Shown: positions 9,253 to 20,552, counted from the stretch's first letter. The stretch: DNA of 64,000 nucleotides from an uncultured Alphaproteobacteria bacterium (GCA_963770275.1 CAVYPD010000025.1:24452-88451); one strand, 5' to 3'. A program made the numbers and translations. The notes: generated from the letters alone by a model not told the origin.

Positions 9253-9443
9253 GATTTGCGAAGAACAGATTGTATATAGAGAGTTACACGAAATGCCCGA
9301 ACTGCGGAATTCTTATCTATGAGGACTCAAAGCAGAGTATGGAGGGGACGAAACCTGTAGATGGCAAGCTTTACTGTTCGTCTTGGTGCGTCAACTGGGA
9401 AAAAGACCGCGCGGCGCGCAGACAAGCGGAGAGCGCTGCGTAA
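9249..9443 (+). CDS. 64-aa Cys4 zinc-finger-like protein (CxxC-x23-CxxxC; TRASH/treble-clef-like)
   Basis: GGAG RBS; ATGA overlap with the GntR stop; MRFAKNRLYIESYTKCPNCG...DGKLYCSSWC. Confidence 0.75.
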   Translation: MRFAKNRLYIESYTKCPNCGILIYEDSKQSMEGTKPVDGKLYCSSWCVNWEKDRAARRQAESAA

Positions 9444-9503
9444 TCGACACACGGACTGGGTTCACACTGACGCCGGCGAGCTGGCGTGACCGGGAGGTTG
9501 AAA

Positions 9504-10709
9504 ATGAAAGCGAAGAAATCGATACTGGCGATGGCTTGCAGCATGGTGGCATTTACAGCGGCGCCGCAGGCGCGCGCCGATGACGGAATCACGATCGGCA
9601 TGGCGGTCGCCCAGACCGGATGGATGGAGGCCTACGATGGCGAGGCCTACAAGATGGCGCAGCTCTGGGTCGACCAGCAGAACGCCAAGGGCGGCCTCCT
9701 TGGCAAGCCGATCAAGGTCGTCAGCGGCGACACCAAGACCGATCGCGTCGAGGGCGCCAAGGTCGGACAGGCCCTGATTCAGCAGGGCGCCAATCTGCTT
9801 CTTGTTTCGGCGGACTACGATTACGGAGCGCCGGCCGGCCTGCAGGCCCAGAAAGCCGGCGTCATTTCGGTGTTCATGGGCGCGTCGGATCCGAAGGCCG
9901 GCGTCGTCGGAGTCGGACCGCTCTCCTTCACTGCCAACAATGCCGGACAGCTCGAAGGCGCTGTGATGGCCGACTGGGGCATGAAGAAGAAAGGCGTTAA
10001 GAAGGGCTACATGCTCATCGATGAGACGATTGAGTACAATAAATCCGTCTGCGCCGGCTACGATTGGATGATGAAGGTCAACAAGGGAACGCTCGTCGGA
10101 AAGGATACGTTCAAAGGCCTCGACCCAACTATAAGCTCGCAGATCACCCGTCTCAGCGATGCGATCAGCAAGGACGGCGTCGATCACATCATGCTGTGCT
10201 CGACCAATCCGGGCGCGGCGAGTTCACTTCGCCAGTTGCGCGCCGCGGGCGTCAATCTGCCAGTCTTCAGCGCCACTGCGATGGATGGCACGTATTGGCT
10301 GAACTCGGTTCCAGGTCTCAAGGACTTCTACCTGCCTTCGCAGGCGTTGTCGAAGGATGACCCGAGGCCGGCAGTCAACGAAATTTCGGCCGCCTACGAG
10401 AAGAAATTCGGCAAGCCGCCGACCACGCAATACGCCTACCCGATCTACGCGTTCCTCGACATGTGGGCCAAGGCGGTGACGGACGCCAAGACGGCGGACG
10501 CCAAGCCGGTGGTGGAAATCCTTAACAAGGCCAACAACCAGGCAACCGTTCTGGGGCCACGCACTTTCACGCCCAAGCTTCACGTCCAGACGACCGAGCC
10601 GATGTTCGTGATGTCTTATGCTGACGGCAAGGAGACCCCGGTCGAGGAGTGGAAGATCACGGAAACGATCCCGGACGCAGTGCTCTATCGCTTAAAGGGC
10701 AGCGAGTAA
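9504..10709 (+). CDS. Liv/HAAT-type ABC transporter substrate-binding protein
   Basis: Signal peptide (QARA), NAKGGLLGKPIKVV.GDTKT motif; GGGAGG RBS. Confidence 0.9.
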   Translation: MKAKKSILAMACSMVAFTAAPQARADDGITIGMAVAQTGWMEAYDGEAYKMAQLWVDQQNAKGGLLGKPIKVVSGDTKTDRVEGAKVGQALIQQGANLLLVSADYDYGAPAGLQAQKAGVISVFMGASDPKAGVVGVGPLSFTANNAGQLEGAVMADWGMKKKGVKKGYMLIDETIEYNKSVCAGYDWMMKVNKGTLVGKDTFKGLDPTISSQITRLSDAISKDGVDHIMLCSTNPGAASSLRQLRAAGVNLPVFSATAMDGTYWLNSVPGLKDFYLPSQALSKDDPRPAVNEISAAYEKKFGKPPTTQYAYPIYAFLDMWAKAVTDAKTADAKPVVEILNKANNQATVLGPRTFTPKLHVQTTEPMFVMSYADGKETPVEEWKITETIPDAVLYRLKGSE

Positions 10710-10737
10710 CGCGTCATGATCTCGGGGCGCCGTCTCG

Positions 10738-11562
10738 GTGGAGGCGGCGCCCCGGCCTTCACCCGGCTCGAGGACGGCGCTTCGGATGGATGAGCTCCCT
10801 GCCGTGCTGGCGGTGACCCCGACGGATCCGACCAATGTCGATACGGCCGAACTCTCGGCCGAGAAGCTGACAGTTCGGTTCCAGGGGCTCGCCGCCATTT
10901 CCGACGTGAGCCTGACGGTCCGAAGGCACGAGATCTTCGGACTGATCGGGCCCAACGGAGCCGGCAAAACGACGCTGGTGAATTGCCTGACCGGTTTCCA
11001 GGCGCCGACGGAGGGGCAAATCCTGGTCGGGCGGCAAAGCACCGCCGGCTGGGAACCGACTCGGTTCCGAGAGATGGGAATCGCCCGAACCTTCCAGGCC
11101 GGGCGGCTGTTCAAGGAAATGTCCGTGCTGGAAAACGCCGAGGTCGCCGCGGTCGGGTTGGGGCTCGATCGCCGGAAGGCCATTGCGCGTTCCCGTGCGA
11201 TTCTCGACTGGGTGGGACTTGCCGACAAGTCGGCGTTGCCTGCTGGCGCGCTGCCCTATACCGACCAGCGCCGGCTCGGCATAGCGCGAGCGATGGTGAT
11301 CCCCCCGGCTTTTGTGCTGCTCGATGAGCCAGCCGCAGGCATGTCTGACGCCGAATGCGAGGGATTGATGGTCCTCGTCTCATCGATCCCCAAGGCCTTC
11401 AATTGCGGCGTGCTCCTGATCGAACACAACATGCGGGTCGTGATGGGGATCTCGCATCGTATTCACGTCCTCGACGGCGGCAAGACGCTAGCCGAGGGCG
11501 TCCCCGCCGAGATCCAGAGCGACCAAGCCGTGCTCGCCGCCTACTTGGGCATGGAGGCGTAA
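10738..11562 (+). CDS. ABC ATP-binding protein (LivG-like)
   Basis: GPNGAGKTT, IARTFQ, LLDEPAAG, IEHNM; start may be 10786. Confidence 0.92.
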   Translation: MEAAPRPSPGSRTALRMDELPAVLAVTPTDPTNVDTAELSAEKLTVRFQGLAAISDVSLTVRRHEIFGLIGPNGAGKTTLVNCLTGFQAPTEGQILVGRQSTAGWEPTRFREMGIARTFQAGRLFKEMSVLENAEVAAVGLGLDRRKAIARSRAILDWVGLADKSALPAGALPYTDQRRLGIARAMVIPPAFVLLDEPAAGMSDAECEGLMVLVSSIPKAFNCGVLLIEHNMRVVMGISHRIHVLDGGKTLAEGVPAEIQSDQAVLAAYLGMEA

Positions 11563-12311
11563 TGACGGCGCTTCTCGACGTCGAAAATTTGTCGGTCCGC
11601 TATGGCGACCTGGTCGCTCTCCGCGGGGCTTCGCTCACGGTGAGCGAAGGGGAAGTGGTCTGCATCATCGGCCCGAACGGTGCGGGCAAGTCGACCACGC
11701 TTGCCGCGATCGCGGGCGGCGTCACGCCGGTCTCCGGTGACATCCGCCTTGACGGCCGGACCATTCTTGGTCAGCGACCCGAACAGATCGCCCGGCTTCG
11801 CTTATCGCTGGTGCCTGAGGGCCGACATATCTTTGGAACACTTACGGTCGCCGAGAACCTGCAGATAGGCGGCTATATGCTCGGTGACCGGGCCGCTGCT
11901 CGCAGCGATATGGAGCGCCTTCTCAACCACTTTCCTCGGCTGCGCGAACGTCTCCGCTATCCCGCCGGGCGGCTCTCAGGCGGCGAGCAACAGATGCTGG
12001 CCGTGGCGCGTGCCGTGATGACCCGGCCCCGGCTCCTGCTTGTGGACGAGCCGTCGCTCGGCCTCGGGCCAAAGATCATTGACCAGATCTACGAGATCCT
12101 CTTGGAACTTCGGCAGCGCGAGAAAATGACGCTGCTGATCAACGAGCAGAGTTCAGCCCGCATTCTGAAATTTGCCGATCGCATTTACGTGCTGCGGAGT
12201 GGAACGGTCCAGTTGGAAGGCCGAGCTGCCGATCTCCGCGACGGCGAGGCCATCCGTCACGCCTATTTCGGCTTTGGGAGTGGCGAAAGGCCGGTGGAGA
12301 CGGCCGCATGA
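11562..12311 (+). CDS. ABC ATP-binding protein (LivF-like)
   Basis: TAATG overlap; [34 protein letters not shown]. Confidence 0.92.
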   Translation: MTALLDVENLSVRYGDLVALRGASLTVSEGEVVCIIGPNGAGKSTTLAAIAGGVTPVSGDIRLDGRTILGQRPEQIARLRLSLVPEGRHIFGTLTVAENLQIGGYMLGDRAAARSDMERLLNHFPRLRERLRYPAGRLSGGEQQMLAVARAVMTRPRLLLVDEPSLGLGPKIIDQIYEILLELRQREKMTLLINEQSSARILKFADRIYVLRSGTVQLEGRAADLRDGEAIRHAYFGFGSGERPVETAA

Positions 12312-13223
12312 TCCAGTTTCTGCAAAACTTGATTGACGCCCTTGCGCTCGGCAGCATCTACGCGCTGACGGCGCTGGGAATCGGGCTGCTGTTCGGCATT
12401 CTGCGGCTCATCAATTTCGCCCATGGCGACATGATCACCATCGGCGCTTACGCGCTCATCGTGCCGTCGGCAGACGTAACCGCCCGCCTGCTGATCGGCT
12501 CCTGGACGCCTGCGGCAGTAATTATCGCGATCTCGATGATCGTTGTCGTGGCGGCGCTAATCACTGATGCGGCGGTCTTTCGGCCGCTCAGAACCGCCTC
12601 TTCGCCGACCTTGATGATTTCTTCCTTTGCGGTGAGCTACATCATTCAGAACGGCATCCTGATCTTCTATGGCGCGCGCCCGAAGGCGGTCGACTTCTGG
12701 AGCGGCGCCAACGTGCAAGTCTATATCGGCGAGCTTCGTGTCCCCCTGCTGCAACTCATCACGCTCGTGGTGACGCTCGTTCTGATGGTCGTCCTGACGC
12801 TATTCCTCAGGCGAACGCCCTACGGCGTACAGATGCGCGCCGCCGCCGAGGATTTCCGCATGGCCCAATATCTTGGCGTCCGCGCCAATGTCGTCATCGG
12901 ACTCGCTTTCGCGATCAGCGGCATCCTCGCTGCTGCAGTCTCGATGCTCTACATAACGCAGTCCGGCTCGCTTACTCATCAGATGGGCGTACCGCTCGCT
13001 TTGTTTGCTTTCGTGGCGGTCGTAGTCGGCGGCATGGGCAATCTAACGGGAGCGGTCGTGGGCGGTTTCACGCTTCGGACTCATCGTAACCATGCTGCAG
13101 GCCTACCTGCCCTCCGATTTGCGCGCGTTCCGAGACGCTTTCGCGTTCGTGGTCGTTATCCTTGTTCTGCTGATACGCCCCGCCGGCTTGTTGCCGGCCC
13201 GAACCACCATCGAACGCGTCTGA
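12308..13223 (+). CDS. ABC permease (LivH-like), 1-nt indel near 13076
   Basis: INFAHGD motif; the alternative frame restores GLIVTMLQAYLP...LLIRPAGLL...ERV-TGA(13223). Confidence 0.88.
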
Positions 13224-13234
13224 AGGGACGGCTC

Positions 13235-14332
13235 ATGCGCGCCTTCATGATTCGCTATCAGACGCCGGTTCTCCTCATCCTCATTCTGGCCGTCATCGTG
13301 GCGATCTCGGATATCGGCGGCCTTGATAGCCTTCAGGTGGCGCTGACCGAAATGCTCATACGCGTTCTGGTGGTGGTGGGCCTTTATGTGTTCATTGGCA
13401 ACTCGGGCGTCATCTCGTTTGGTCAGACCGGATTCATGTGCATTGGGGCGTATGCGGTGGGTTGGGCCACCGCCGAGCCCGGCTTCAAGCAGGTGATGCT
13501 CCAAGGGCTACCGGATATCCTCGCGCAGAATCAATGGCCCTTTCCGGTCGCCATGGCCGGCGCCATCGTCCTGCCCGCGATCGTCGCGTTCCTGTTCGGC
13601 CTGGCCATCCTGCGCCTCAATGGCATCGCGGCCTCCATTGCGACCTTCGCTTTCCTGATCATCGTCAACAGCGTCTATTCAAACTGGGACTCGGTGACAG
13701 CGGGCGTATCGTCGCTGGTGGGCATTCCGACCGTGGTCGGCCCCTGGGTGGCGTTTGGTTTCGCCGCCGCGGGTATCATTGTGGCTTACCTGTTTCAGAT
13801 CTCTCGCTATGGGCTAATGCTGCGGGCGACGCGCGAGGACGACGTCGCGGCTAAGGCCTGCGGCATACATAGCGTCCGCATGCGACTCGTCGCGTTTGTG
13901 TTGAGCGCCGCGCTCGTTGGCGCCGGAGGGGGCCTCTACGCCCAATTTCTTGGCATCCTGACTGTCGATACCTTCTACTTAAGCTTGTCCTTCATCACGA
14001 TCGCAATGCTGGTGGTGGGCGGTATGGGCAGCCTGACCGGGGCGGTCAGCGGCGTCATCGTGGTGACCGTCATCGTCCAACTGCTACGGTATGGTGAGCA
14101 TGGCGTGATGTTCGGCTCGACGCAGCTCAAAATGCCGGAAAGCAGCAGCGAGCTGGGGTTGGGCGTGTTGCTCGCTCTCATCCTGATCTTCCGCCCCAAC
14201 GGCCTTTCGGGCGGCAAGGAGCTGACCCTGCTCGGCTCCTCGAAGGGCGGGCCGCGAGAAACCGTCAGCGCCGCGGCCGGGCCAACCCTCCAGAGCGACT
14301 CCAACGCTGTCGCGTCAGAGACCACGTCATGA
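13235..14332 (+). CDS. ABC permease (LivM-like)
   Basis: SGVISFGQTGF, LRATREDDVAAKACG, VVGGMGSL, RPNGL. Confidence 0.9.
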   Translation: MRAFMIRYQTPVLLILILAVIVAISDIGGLDSLQVALTEMLIRVLVVVGLYVFIGNSGVISFGQTGFMCIGAYAVGWATAEPGFKQVMLQGLPDILAQNQWPFPVAMAGAIVLPAIVAFLFGLAILRLNGIAASIATFAFLIIVNSVYSNWDSVTAGVSSLVGIPTVVGPWVAFGFAAAGIIVAYLFQISRYGLMLRATREDDVAAKACGIHSVRMRLVAFVLSAALVGAGGGLYAQFLGILTVDTFYLSLSFITIAMLVVGGMGSLTGAVSGVIVVTVIVQLLRYGEHGVMFGSTQLKMPESSSELGLGVLLALILIFRPNGLSGGKELTLLGSSKGGPRETVSAAAGPTLQSDSNAVASETTS

Positions 14333-15265
14333 ATGCTCCTCAGTCAGACAATCCTTTCACGGCCGGCGCGGCCTATATCGACGGCCGTTACATGCCTATC
14401 GCCCAGGCCGCGATTCCGATCACCGACTGGGGTTATCGGCGCTCGGACGTGACGTACGACGTGGTGGGAGTCTGGGAGGGCAATTTCTTCCGTCTCGATG
14501 ATCACATCCGGCGCTTCCGCTCGTCGATGCGAAAATTCCGTTTCGAACCCCGAGAGGGAGATGAGGAGATCAAGGCGATCCTCAACCGCTGCGTCGCTCT
14601 GTCCGGATTGAAGAACGCCTATGTGGCGATGGATTGCCTCCGAGGTCGGCCCGCGCCCGGCATGCCCTATCATCCCGCCCATGCTCGCAATTACATCGCA
14701 GCCTTCGCCATTCCCTGGGTCTGGGTGATGAGTCTCGAGGTCCAGAAGCGCGGCGGCCATCTCATCATCGCCGAGACCTTGCGCATACCCGCCAATTCCG
14801 TTGATCCCACCGCGAAGAATTTCCATTGGGCCGACCTCACCCGGGGCCAGTTCGAAGCGCTCGATCGCGGAGCCGACTTCTCGCTCCTGCTTGATAGCGA
14901 CGGCAACGTCACGGAAGGCCCGGGCTTCAATGTCTTCATGGTGACCGACGGCGTCGTGGTGACGCCGGATGCCGGTGTGCTGGAAGGGATCACGCGCAAG
15001 TCCGTGATTGAGATCTGCGCAGACCTCGGGCATCCCCGCCAAAGTCGGCAAGGTCTCCGCCAACGAGGCCCGTGAAGCCGACGAGATTTTCCTCGCAACC
15101 ACGGCTGGCGGCGTGATGCCGGCGAGCCGTATCGATGGCCGGATCATGGGCAACGACCGGCCCGGACCGATCTCGACGAAGATCAAGGATACCTTCTGGG
15201 CCAAGCGCGCAGCGGGATGGCACGCCACGCCCGTCGATTATGCCGCCGTCGCAGCCGCCGTCTGA
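14329..15265 (+). CDS. PLP fold-IV aminotransferase, (R)-selective amine transaminase-like; indel near 15030
   Basis: DWGYRRSDVTYDVVGVWEGNFFRLDDH, AYVAM, DPTAKNFHWADL, TEGPGFN, GITRKSV; second frame ADEIFLATTAGGVMP. Confidence 0.88.
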
Positions 15266-15295
15266 TCTGTTTCGAGGAATGGGAGATCCGATCTC

Positions 15296-17318
15296 ATGAG
15301 TTATCGTTTGGGTGTCGACATCGGGGGGACGTTTACGGACTTCGTCGCCTACGACGAAGACGGCAAGGCTCTCAAGGCCTGGAAGAACCTGTCGACGCCA
15401 CAAAATCCCATGGAAGGCATCATGACCGGCCTCAGGAGCCTTTGGCGCGACTGACGCCGTCAGCGGCATCCGACTCGGCACCACGGTCGCCACCAACGCC
15501 TTGCTCGAGGGCAAGGGCGCAACGGTCGCGTATGTTACGACCCGGGGCTTCAAGGACGTTCCCTTCATCGCACGCGGCAACCGCAGGCACCACTACGACC
15601 TGGCCTGGGTGAAGCCGAAGCCGTTCGTGCAGCGGCGCCATGCCTTCGAGGTCGAAGAACGCGTTGGGCCGTCGGGCGAGACCATCCAGCCGCTGGACGA
15701 AACCCAGGTTCGCACGCTCGCGCAAAACATCAAGGCCGGCGGCAAGGTCAACGCGATCGCCGTGGTGCTGCTCCATTCCTATCTGACGCCGAACCACGAG
15801 CAACGTATAAAGGCGATCTTCGCGGAAGAGATTCCGGATATTCCCGTCTCAATCTCGTATGAGGTGCTGCCGAAGTGGAAGGAACATTTCCGGTCCTCCA
15901 CCACGATCTGCGATGCTTTCATCAAGCCCGTGGTCGCAAAACAGCTTGGCGGCATGCGTCGTGAACTCGACGAGCACGGTATCAGCGCCAAAGTCGTCGT
16001 CATGCGCTCCAACGGCGGCGAAATGACCCTTGACAAGGCCGTGGAGGCCCCGATCCAGATCGCCGTATCCGGGCCGACAGGCGGCGTGATCGCCGCCAGA
16101 CGGACCGCCGAGGTCTTGGGCCTCCCCAATCTCGTGACCCTCGACATGGGCGGTACGTCGACCGACGTGTCTACAGTGGTCAACGGCAAGGAGAAGTTCA
16201 CCACCGATTTCGAGATCGAGTGGGGGCGCCCAATTCAGATCCCGATGATCGACATCCGCACTATCGGAGCCGGCGGCGGCTCGATCGCTCGAATCGACGC
16301 GGGCGGCATGCTGGTGGTTGGTCCCGAGAGCGCAGGCGCCAATCCGGGACCGGCGTGCTACCGGCAAGGCGGCGCGCGGCCGACAGTCACCGACGCCAAT
16401 GTGGTGCTCGGCCGCATCTCCCCTCAGAACTTCCTGGGCGGGACGATGAGCCTCGATGCCGAGGCCGCGCGCAAGGTGGTCGCGACCATCGGGGACGCGT
16501 TAGGCATGTCGGTCGAACAGGCCGCGCTCGCCATCGTGAAGATCGCCAACAACAACATGGTGGGCGCACTCCACACCGTCCTGACCGAACAGGGCCTCGA
16601 CCCGCGCGATTTCGTGCTCGTGGCGTTCGGCGGCGCTGGTCCGCTCCACATCACCGACCTCATGACCGAAGCTTCGATCCCGAAGGGCCTCGTGCCGAAT
16701 TTCCCCGGCCAGTTCTCGGCCTTCGGCTTCACGATGGCGAACGCCCGGGTCGACCGCTACCGGACGGTGCAGCTCAACTCGCGCTTCTTCGACGCGGAGC
16801 GGGCGCGGCGCGCAATGGCGGCATTGGTCAGCGAATGCCGAGGCGATCTCGCTGCGCAAGGCCACAACCAGGTCACGATCACGCGCGCCGTCGAGATCCG
16901 CTATCTAGGCCAGAACTACGAGCTCGAAATCCCGATCGACATCGATGCGTTCACTGAGTCCGAGGTCGCCCAGCTTTTCCAGGCCTTCAACGAGCAACAT
17001 GATGCGCGTTTCGGCTTCCGACTCGACGACCACATGGAGATCGTCAATTTCCTGGTGACCGGCACAGCCAATACCGGTGAGCTCGCTTTCCCGGAGATCA
17101 GCAAAGCCGAGGGGCAAGCGGCGGCGGCCTCAAAGCGCCCGGTCTGGTTCGATCAGGGCTGTGTTGATACGCCGGTCTACGATCGCGATAGCCTGCGCGC
17201 CGGCCACACGATCGCGGGCCCCGCTCTTGTTGAAGAGAACGCCTCCGTCACAGTGCTCGGCCCCGGCAAGAGCCTATCCGTCGATCGCTTCGGTAACCTT
17301 CTCATCACCACCAACTAA
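15296..17318 (+). CDS. Hydantoinase/oxoprolinase subunit A, copy 1; indel near 15445
   Basis: MSYRLGVDIGGTFTD, GTTVATNALLE, DMGGTSTD, IGAGGGSI, FGGAGPLH. Confidence 0.92.
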
Positions 17319-17339
17319 AGAGCCGTTGGAGCGCCGCCC

Positions 17340-19031
17340 ATGGACATGGTTTCTCTGAACATCGTCGGAGGCATACTCGTCTCCATCTGCCGCGATATGG
17401 GCGTCACGCTCATGCGCACTTCCTATTCCACGATTTTCAGCGAGTCGCTTGACTTCACCTGCGGTCTCGCGCTGCCCAGCGGCGAATTGGTGGCCACCGG
17501 TGATTTCTGCCCGTCGATGATCGGCGGTATGCCGCTCCTTCTGCGGTCTTGCGTGAACGAGATCGACATCAACGAACTCGAGGAAGGCGATGTCCTCCTG
17601 CACAACGATCCCTATCGCGGCGGTCTTCACACGCCCGAGCACACGTTCTTCAAGCCGGTCTTTGTCGACGGGAAAGCGATCGGCTTCGCAGTCGCGATCG
17701 GCCACGTCTGCGAGGTCGGCGGTATGGCGCCGGCGGGTTTCGCTGGCGAAGCGACGGAAGTGTTCCACGAGGGGCTGCGAGTCCCGCCCGTGAAGATCAA
17801 GCGAGCCGGCAAGGACGTCGACGACGTGTGGCGTCTGCTGCTCGCGAATGTTCGCACCCCGCGTTACAATTTGGGTGACTTCCGGGCGCTGATCGCCGCG
17901 GTCGACCTGGGCGAGCGGCGAATGGCGGACGTCGCCAAAAAATATGGAATGTCGATCTTCCTCGAGAACGTCCACGGCCTGATGGATTACTCCGAGCGCC
18001 GCATGCGGGCCGAGATCGAACTGATCCCGGACGGTCGTTACGTCTTCGAGGACGTGATGGAGGACGACGGAATCACCGACCAGCCCTATACCATCAAGGC
18101 CGAGGTGACCGTTAAGGGCAGCGACCTCATCGTCGACTATCACGGCAGCTCGCCACAGGCGAGAGGGCCGATCAACGGCACGCTTGGGGTGGCGCATGGC
18201 GCAGCCTACAATGCGATCCTGCAGCTCACAGATTCCACCATCCCGAAGAACTCCGGGTGCTTCCGCCCGATTCGCGTGTTGGCGCCGCCCGGCAGCGTGG
18301 TGAACGTGAACTTCCCCGGCCCCTCGGTCGGCGGCAACACCGAGACGCATTGCCGGATCGCCAATGTAGTGATGGGGGCGCTGGCGCCAGGCCTGAAGGA
18401 GCGCTCCGCCGCCACCGACGGCGCAAGCCACAGCAACTTCCTATTCGGCGGCGCCGACGCCAAAACGGGCGAGTTCTTCTGCTGCTACGACCTCACTCCA
18501 GTCGGTTGGGGTGGCCGCAGCTTTGCAGATGGGAATGACGCGGTGGGCGGCATCAACGGCAACTGCCCACACATCCCGGTCGAGGTGTTCGAATTTCGCT
18601 TTCCCTGGCATGTCGAGGAGTTCAAGCTCGTCGACGGCTCGGGCGGCCCAGGTAAATTCCGGGGCGGCCTCGCCTTGTCGAAGACCGTGCGCTGTACCGA
18701 CACGCCTATGACCTTCAGTTATATGAGCGACCGGCAAAAGGTCAGCCCCTGGGGAATCCATGGCGGCCATCCGGGCGCGAAGGCCGAGCTGTTCATGATG
18801 CGTAAGGGCAGCGACGAGTGGCTCACGATTACGCAGGCCTTTAACAAGGTCTCGCCGAGCAAGTTCGCCAATGTGCCGATCGCCCCGGGCGACCGGATCA
18901 AGATCTCCTCGCCGGCGGGCGGAGGCTGGGGACCTCCCGAGGAGCGCGATCCTCACCTGGTGAAGGAAGATCTCCTTGACCGCTTCATTACGCCCCAGCA
19001 AGCGCAATCCGTCTACGGATTGAAGAGCTAG
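17340..19031 (+). CDS. Hydantoinase B/oxoprolinase subunit B, copy 1
   Basis: RTSYSTIFSESLDF, NDPYRGGLHTPE, GHVCEVGG, SGGPGKFRGG, AGGGWG. Confidence 0.93.
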   Translation: MDMVSLNIVGGILVSICRDMGVTLMRTSYSTIFSESLDFTCGLALPSGELVATGDFCPSMIGGMPLLLRSCVNEIDINELEEGDVLLHNDPYRGGLHTPEHTFFKPVFVDGKAIGFAVAIGHVCEVGGMAPAGFAGEATEVFHEGLRVPPVKIKRAGKDVDDVWRLLLANVRTPRYNLGDFRALIAAVDLGERRMADVAKKYGMSIFLENVHGLMDYSERRMRAEIELIPDGRYVFEDVMEDDGITDQPYTIKAEVTVKGSDLIVDYHGSSPQARGPINGTLGVAHGAAYNAILQLTDSTIPKNSGCFRPIRVLAPPGSVVNVNFPGPSVGGNTETHCRIANVVMGALAPGLKERSAATDGASHSNFLFGGADAKTGEFFCCYDLTPVGWGGRSFADGNDAVGGINGNCPHIPVEVFEFRFPWHVEEFKLVDGSGGPGKFRGGLALSKTVRCTDTPMTFSYMSDRQKVSPWGIHGGHPGAKAELFMMRKGSDEWLTITQAFNKVSPSKFANVPIAPGDRIKISSPAGGGWGPPEERDPHLVKEDLLDRFITPQQAQSVYGLKS

Positions 19032-19081
19032 CCAGGCCAGCCGCCTTCGCCCCGTCGTCTGATCTGAAAGTAGAGGCCGCT

Positions 19082-20467
19082 ATGACCGTCATCCCGAATT
19101 CGATCCACGCGCGGGACATTGCCTACCTGCTTCATCCCAACACAAACGCGCGGCGACACGAGAAGACGGGACCAATCGTGATCGACCGTGGCGAGGGCAT
19201 TTACGTCTATGACGATCAAGGAAAGCAGTACATCGAGGCCATGGCGGGGCTCTGGAGCGTGGGCGTAGGCTTCGGCGAGCAGCGCCTGGTCGACGCCGCA
19301 ACTCGCCAGATGGCCAAACTGCCCTACTACCATTCCTTCTCGGGCAAATCCTCCGAGCCGACGATCGAACTGGCCGAGCGGCTGGTGAAGATGTCGCCAA
19401 AGGGGCTTGACCGCGTCTTCTTCACCAATTCGGGGTCGGAGGCCAACGACAGCGTCATCAAGCTCGTGTGGTTCTACAACAACGCGATCGGGCGGCCGGA
19501 GAAGAAAAAGTTCATCGCCCGCACGGGCGGATATCACGGGATCACCATCGCGAGCGGCAGCCTGACCGGCCTGCCGACCAATCATCGCGGCTTCGACCTG
19601 CCGCTGACTTTCGTCAAGCATGTCACGACGCCGCATCATTACCGCTTTGCCGAGGCGGGCGAGAGCGAGGAGGCCTTCGCCGACCGTCTTGCGGCCGAGC
19701 TTGAGGCCAAGATTCTCGACGAGGGACCGGAAACGGTGGCGGCCTTCATCGGGGAGCCTTTGATCGGCGCGGGCGGCGTGCTGCCGCCGCCGGCAACCTA
19801 TTGGGACAAGATCCAGGCGGTTTGCCGCAAGTACGACGTGCTGGTGGTTGCCGACGAAGTGATCAATGGCTTCGGCCGACTCGGGACGACGTTCGCTTGC
19901 GATTATTATGGGATTGAGCCGGACATCCTGGTGGTGTCGAAGCAGATCACCTCGTCCTACCTGCCGCTCGCGGCCGTGCTGATGAGCGACAAGATCTACC
20001 AGGGCGTGGCGGACGGGTCCGACGCGCTGGGAACCTTTGGCCACGGATTCACCACAAGCGGTCATCCGGTGGCGACTGCGGTTGGGGTCGAAAACCTGAA
20101 GATCCTCGAGGAGCTAAACCTCGTTGCAAATGCAAAAAAGGTCGGCGCTCACATGCAGGCCCGTCTGCGCGAGTTCGCTGATCATCCGCTGGTCGGCGAG
20201 GTTCGTGGCGTCGGCCTGATCGGCGCGGTCGAGCTGGTGGCCGACAAGGCCAGCAAGACGAAGTTCGATCCGCCCGGCAAGGTGGGTCTCTACCTCTACG
20301 ATAGGGGCCACGAGAACGGAGTGATCGTTCGCGCCATCGGGGACTCGATCTGCTTCTGCCCGCCTCTGATCATCACCGAGGCGCAAGTGGACGATATGAT
20401 CGACCGATTTGCGCGCTCTCTTAAACTCACGACGGCGTGGGTCGAAGCCGGTATGCCCGCCTCATGA
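19082..20467 (+). CDS. Class III (omega-amino acid/amine:pyruvate) aminotransferase
   Basis: EAMAGLW, NSGSEAND, GYHG, ADEVINGFGRLG, SKQITS, HGFTTSGHP. Confidence 0.93.
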   Translation: MTVIPNSIHARDIAYLLHPNTNARRHEKTGPIVIDRGEGIYVYDDQGKQYIEAMAGLWSVGVGFGEQRLVDAATRQMAKLPYYHSFSGKSSEPTIELAERLVKMSPKGLDRVFFTNSGSEANDSVIKLVWFYNNAIGRPEKKKFIARTGGYHGITIASGSLTGLPTNHRGFDLPLTFVKHVTTPHHYRFAEAGESEEAFADRLAAELEAKILDEGPETVAAFIGEPLIGAGGVLPPPATYWDKIQAVCRKYDVLVVADEVINGFGRLGTTFACDYYGIEPDILVVSKQITSSYLPLAAVLMSDKIYQGVADGSDALGTFGHGFTTSGHPVATAVGVENLKILEELNLVANAKKVGAHMQARLREFADHPLVGEVRGVGLIGAVELVADKASKTKFDPPGKVGLYLYDRGHENGVIVRAIGDSICFCPPLIITEAQVDDMIDRFARSLKLTTAWVEAGMPAS

Positions 20468-20552
20468 CATGACCTCTCGCCGAAGCCGTCGCCCCGAACT
20501 GATAGGCGGGACGCTGTCTCCCAATCCTCGCCACCCCAAGGAGGGATAAGCC

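Noticed and set aside
12308-14332. 674-aa LivH-LivM fusion in the ORF track
   Set aside because: The linker is out-of-frame LivH sequence; a 1-nt shift at ~13076 restores a normal LivH ending at 13223 and a separate ATG at 13235
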